NCBI GenBank assembly: GCA_963733195.1 | Contig: CAVTCR010000009.1 | Coordinates: forward strand, 120,255 to 184,254 | Source: an uncultured delta proteobacterium | GTDB lineage: Bacteria > Desulfobacterota > Binatia > Bin18 | Length of the DNA stretch: 64,000 nucleotides | Reading direction: 5' to 3' | In this document: piece after piece, positions 61,987-64,000 of the stretch | How the letters are laid out: every line of letters begins with the position of its first letter | Position numbering within the stretch: position 1 is the first letter of the stretch | Made by a program: the position numbers and the translations under genes | The notes under the pieces: generated by a model | Told to the model about the DNA's origin: nothing | The model's input: the letters and a program-made list of their open reading frames with translations, nothing else | Database searches by the model: none

Positions 61987-62014
61987 GGAGGGGCGCGGCG
62001 TGCCGCGCCCTGTA
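61987..62014. repeat. GTAG-family-like REP / GC hairpin between convergent genes
   Basis: GGAG-GGGCGCGGC-GT-GCCGCGCCC. Confidence 0.5.
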
Positions 62015-62020
62015 GGGAGG

Positions 62021-62472
62021 TCAAGGGTGATCGTTGGGATTGTCTGTCGGGAAGCGCTCGAGTCGTGCGATTGCTATCAAGCGATCGTCGGCAGACACAA
62101 AAGTAAGGGGTGAGGCGTCTGGCGGAAAAGTGCTTTGCAAAGTGAGCGCTGCGGCGAGTTGGATACGTCCAGGGTACGCAGTGGATGGCGAGCGATCAAT
62201 GAAGCAGCCAGAGTCATAAGACTGTTGGAATGGAGAATCGTAGCGTAGCGATCTTGCGTGTGAGCCGTGTAAGCGTTAGAGTCAACAAGTTCCTGATTCG
62301 AGAGAAGCCCACCTCTGTGCCGACGATACAGAGCGGATGTCATTTCGAGAGGAGTGAGGAAACTCTGATGAAAGCTCAAATCGGGTCGCGTAAGCAACTG
62401 GCGGATATATTCAGAACCTTCTTCCTCGACGTAGCGTTTCAGGAGTGCGCTCGTATCGAGGAAATAAATCAT
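62021..62472 (-). CDS. vapC: VapC PIN toxin, frameshifted
   Basis: YFLDTSALLKRYVEEEGS, LRTLD; C-terminus ADDRL..NP in another frame ending 62021. Confidence 0.78.
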
Positions 62473-62849
62473 ACGCGATCCTCACGGTCATCGATGATTT
62501 GCTGGCTGAGTCCCTTCAGTTTCTATTACCGATCTCCAACACTCTTCGCCATATCGACCGGCGCCTATCGTTGGCCCAAGCAATGCCTCTAACTCGGGAC
62601 AGCCGCGTCGGATCACTCCTTTGTCCAAGAGAAACTGCTCCAATTTTTCTTTGGTCCATTTCTGTGCGTGGCGAGCAGTTCGCGGGGAAGCTGCATTAGG
62701 TGGACGCGTTGAAGCTTCCTCTGGTTGGCTCAAATATCGTCTGGCAGCTTCACGCAACAGCTCGCTCCGTGAACGGTGTTCACGCTTAGCTAAGCGATCA
62801 GAACTTTTGTGAGCAGCTCGTCGGGGATTGAGACCGTGAGACGAGGCAT
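62469..62849 (-). CDS. CopG/RHH antitoxin, frameshifted
   Basis: ATG 62849 gives MPRLTVSIPDELL; other frame RSRSELLREAARRYL; ends SQQIIDDREDRV with ATGA overlap to vapC. Confidence 0.7.
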
Positions 62850-63004
62850 AAAAATGTCCTTTGTGTGAGATAGGATAGATCAAGCCCCTACGGGGTAAGC
62901 TTCTTAAAACACTTAGATTTTTTGAATTCCCTACGGATTGTTGCATGTAAGTCGTGGTGGACGAACTATAGCAGATGGGGAAGGCGAGTAAAACGGATGG
63001 CGAC

Positions 63005-64000
63005 TTGACAAACAGGAATGTAGCAAGTAAAAAACTCCTCGTTCTGTGAAAACACTAGATTGACGAGAGAAAATATATTTCCAGCGCGATTGATATCTCG
63101 CTTAACAGAAACCGAGCAACTCATTTGATCGAGAGAGAAGTATAGAAGGAATCATTTCGCATCTTCGATAAATTCAAGCCGATTTCAATCTTCTATTTTG
63201 ATGAACTTAATATCGAACCTGAGGACTCGCGTTCAAAGATTGATTGAGCGTTTTGAAAAGACAAATTGCGTACGAAGAGCAAGAATCTAAACGATCTGGA
63301 ACGATGAAGAGGAATCATAGCAGATCATGCAAGGTCTGAACCATGAAACAGGTTTACAGAGCAGCAACTACAGCCGCGACCGCTCTAGCCGACGAAAGGC
63401 AACCTGAAGACCTGGTTTCACGCGATCGCCTGGCAACTTGAAGCAAGGTGATCTCGTCGAGCGAAAAGGCTTTTAGAGTCCTTCTTACGTGGCTTTGAAC
63501 AGCCCAGGCTTGCTCCGGGTCATCGAGGAGAGTCCAAGACGGGACAGACAAGACTTTATCCTTTCCCGATCCTCCAGGAAAACGGTCACTCTTTCAAACT
63601 CCTCTTGCTAGGAGAAACTCAAGCTCGCTTAGCTTACGAAGGCTTCTTGATGGTTTCTTGGCGTACTTCCAGCGAAGAACGCGCGATTGCTCGTCTTCTG
63701 AAGATTCGCTGCTCACATTACCCTCCTTTTTATTCCGCAGGGCAGGCCGTTCGACCTAGAGACAACCTGGCGACGATACGTTCAAGACGAAGCCTTTTCG
63801 CGTCGTGGGCTAACAGGGAGTTTTGTTCTCCTCTTAAACTCTGTCCAACTTGCTGGGCGCGGGTTTGGCGTTCTTGATGTCCCTATTGTCTCTGAGGATC
63901 AGAAACAGATTCTAGCTGGGTTCTATTTGGCCGCCATCCAGCAAGTTAAAGGACGTTTGCGTTGGCGAACAGATCGGATTCGTGAAGTCGAAAGAGGTCT
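63005..64000 (+). other. Degraded or indel-rich coding-like region, unidentified, running off the window
   Basis: TTGACA at 63005, AT-richer start, short protein-like stretches in shifting frames (e.g. QILAGFYLAAIQQVKGRLRWRTDRIREVER). Confidence 0.3.

Noticed and set aside
63354-63877. Assigning the terminal fragments to DprA, Cas or a transposase
   Set aside because: No convincing motif in any frame

Overview
Diderm bacterial chromosome segment; gene mix (DUF1329, LLM, CaiB, Uma2) and intergenic repeats suggest a deltaproteobacterial relative such as Ca. Binatia (low-confidence inference). Layout: (1) 5-12201, intact pentose-phosphate/glucose operon (tkt C-subunit, tal-pgi fusion, gnd, zwf, glk, GH63, pgl, HAD). 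(2) 12310-43360, a large redox/signalling locus with no characterised model known to me. It encodes a 2x cNMP-binding + Fe-S protein, a di-heme-b-like membrane protein, and a 1302-aa fusion of 3 FHA + ~10 c-hemes + ferredoxin + NADPH flavoprotein. It also has a giant receptor Ser/Thr kinase with PP2C, two outer-membrane barrels, a matrixin-dockerin protease with a TIMP-like partner, a secreted GlcG/HbpS protein and three more multiheme cytochromes (33 CxxCH + 2 CxxxxCH in total). (3) 43497-58964, mixed housekeeping/catabolic genes, including a rhodanese whose catalytic Cys codon is UGA followed by a SECIS-like hairpin (probable selenoprotein). (4) 59353-64000, a toxin-antitoxin/WYL island with an integron attC-like site and candidate WYL operators. 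Many genes are split by indels, often in homopolymers, which most likely reflects long-read assembly error; coordinates of joined genes are approximate.
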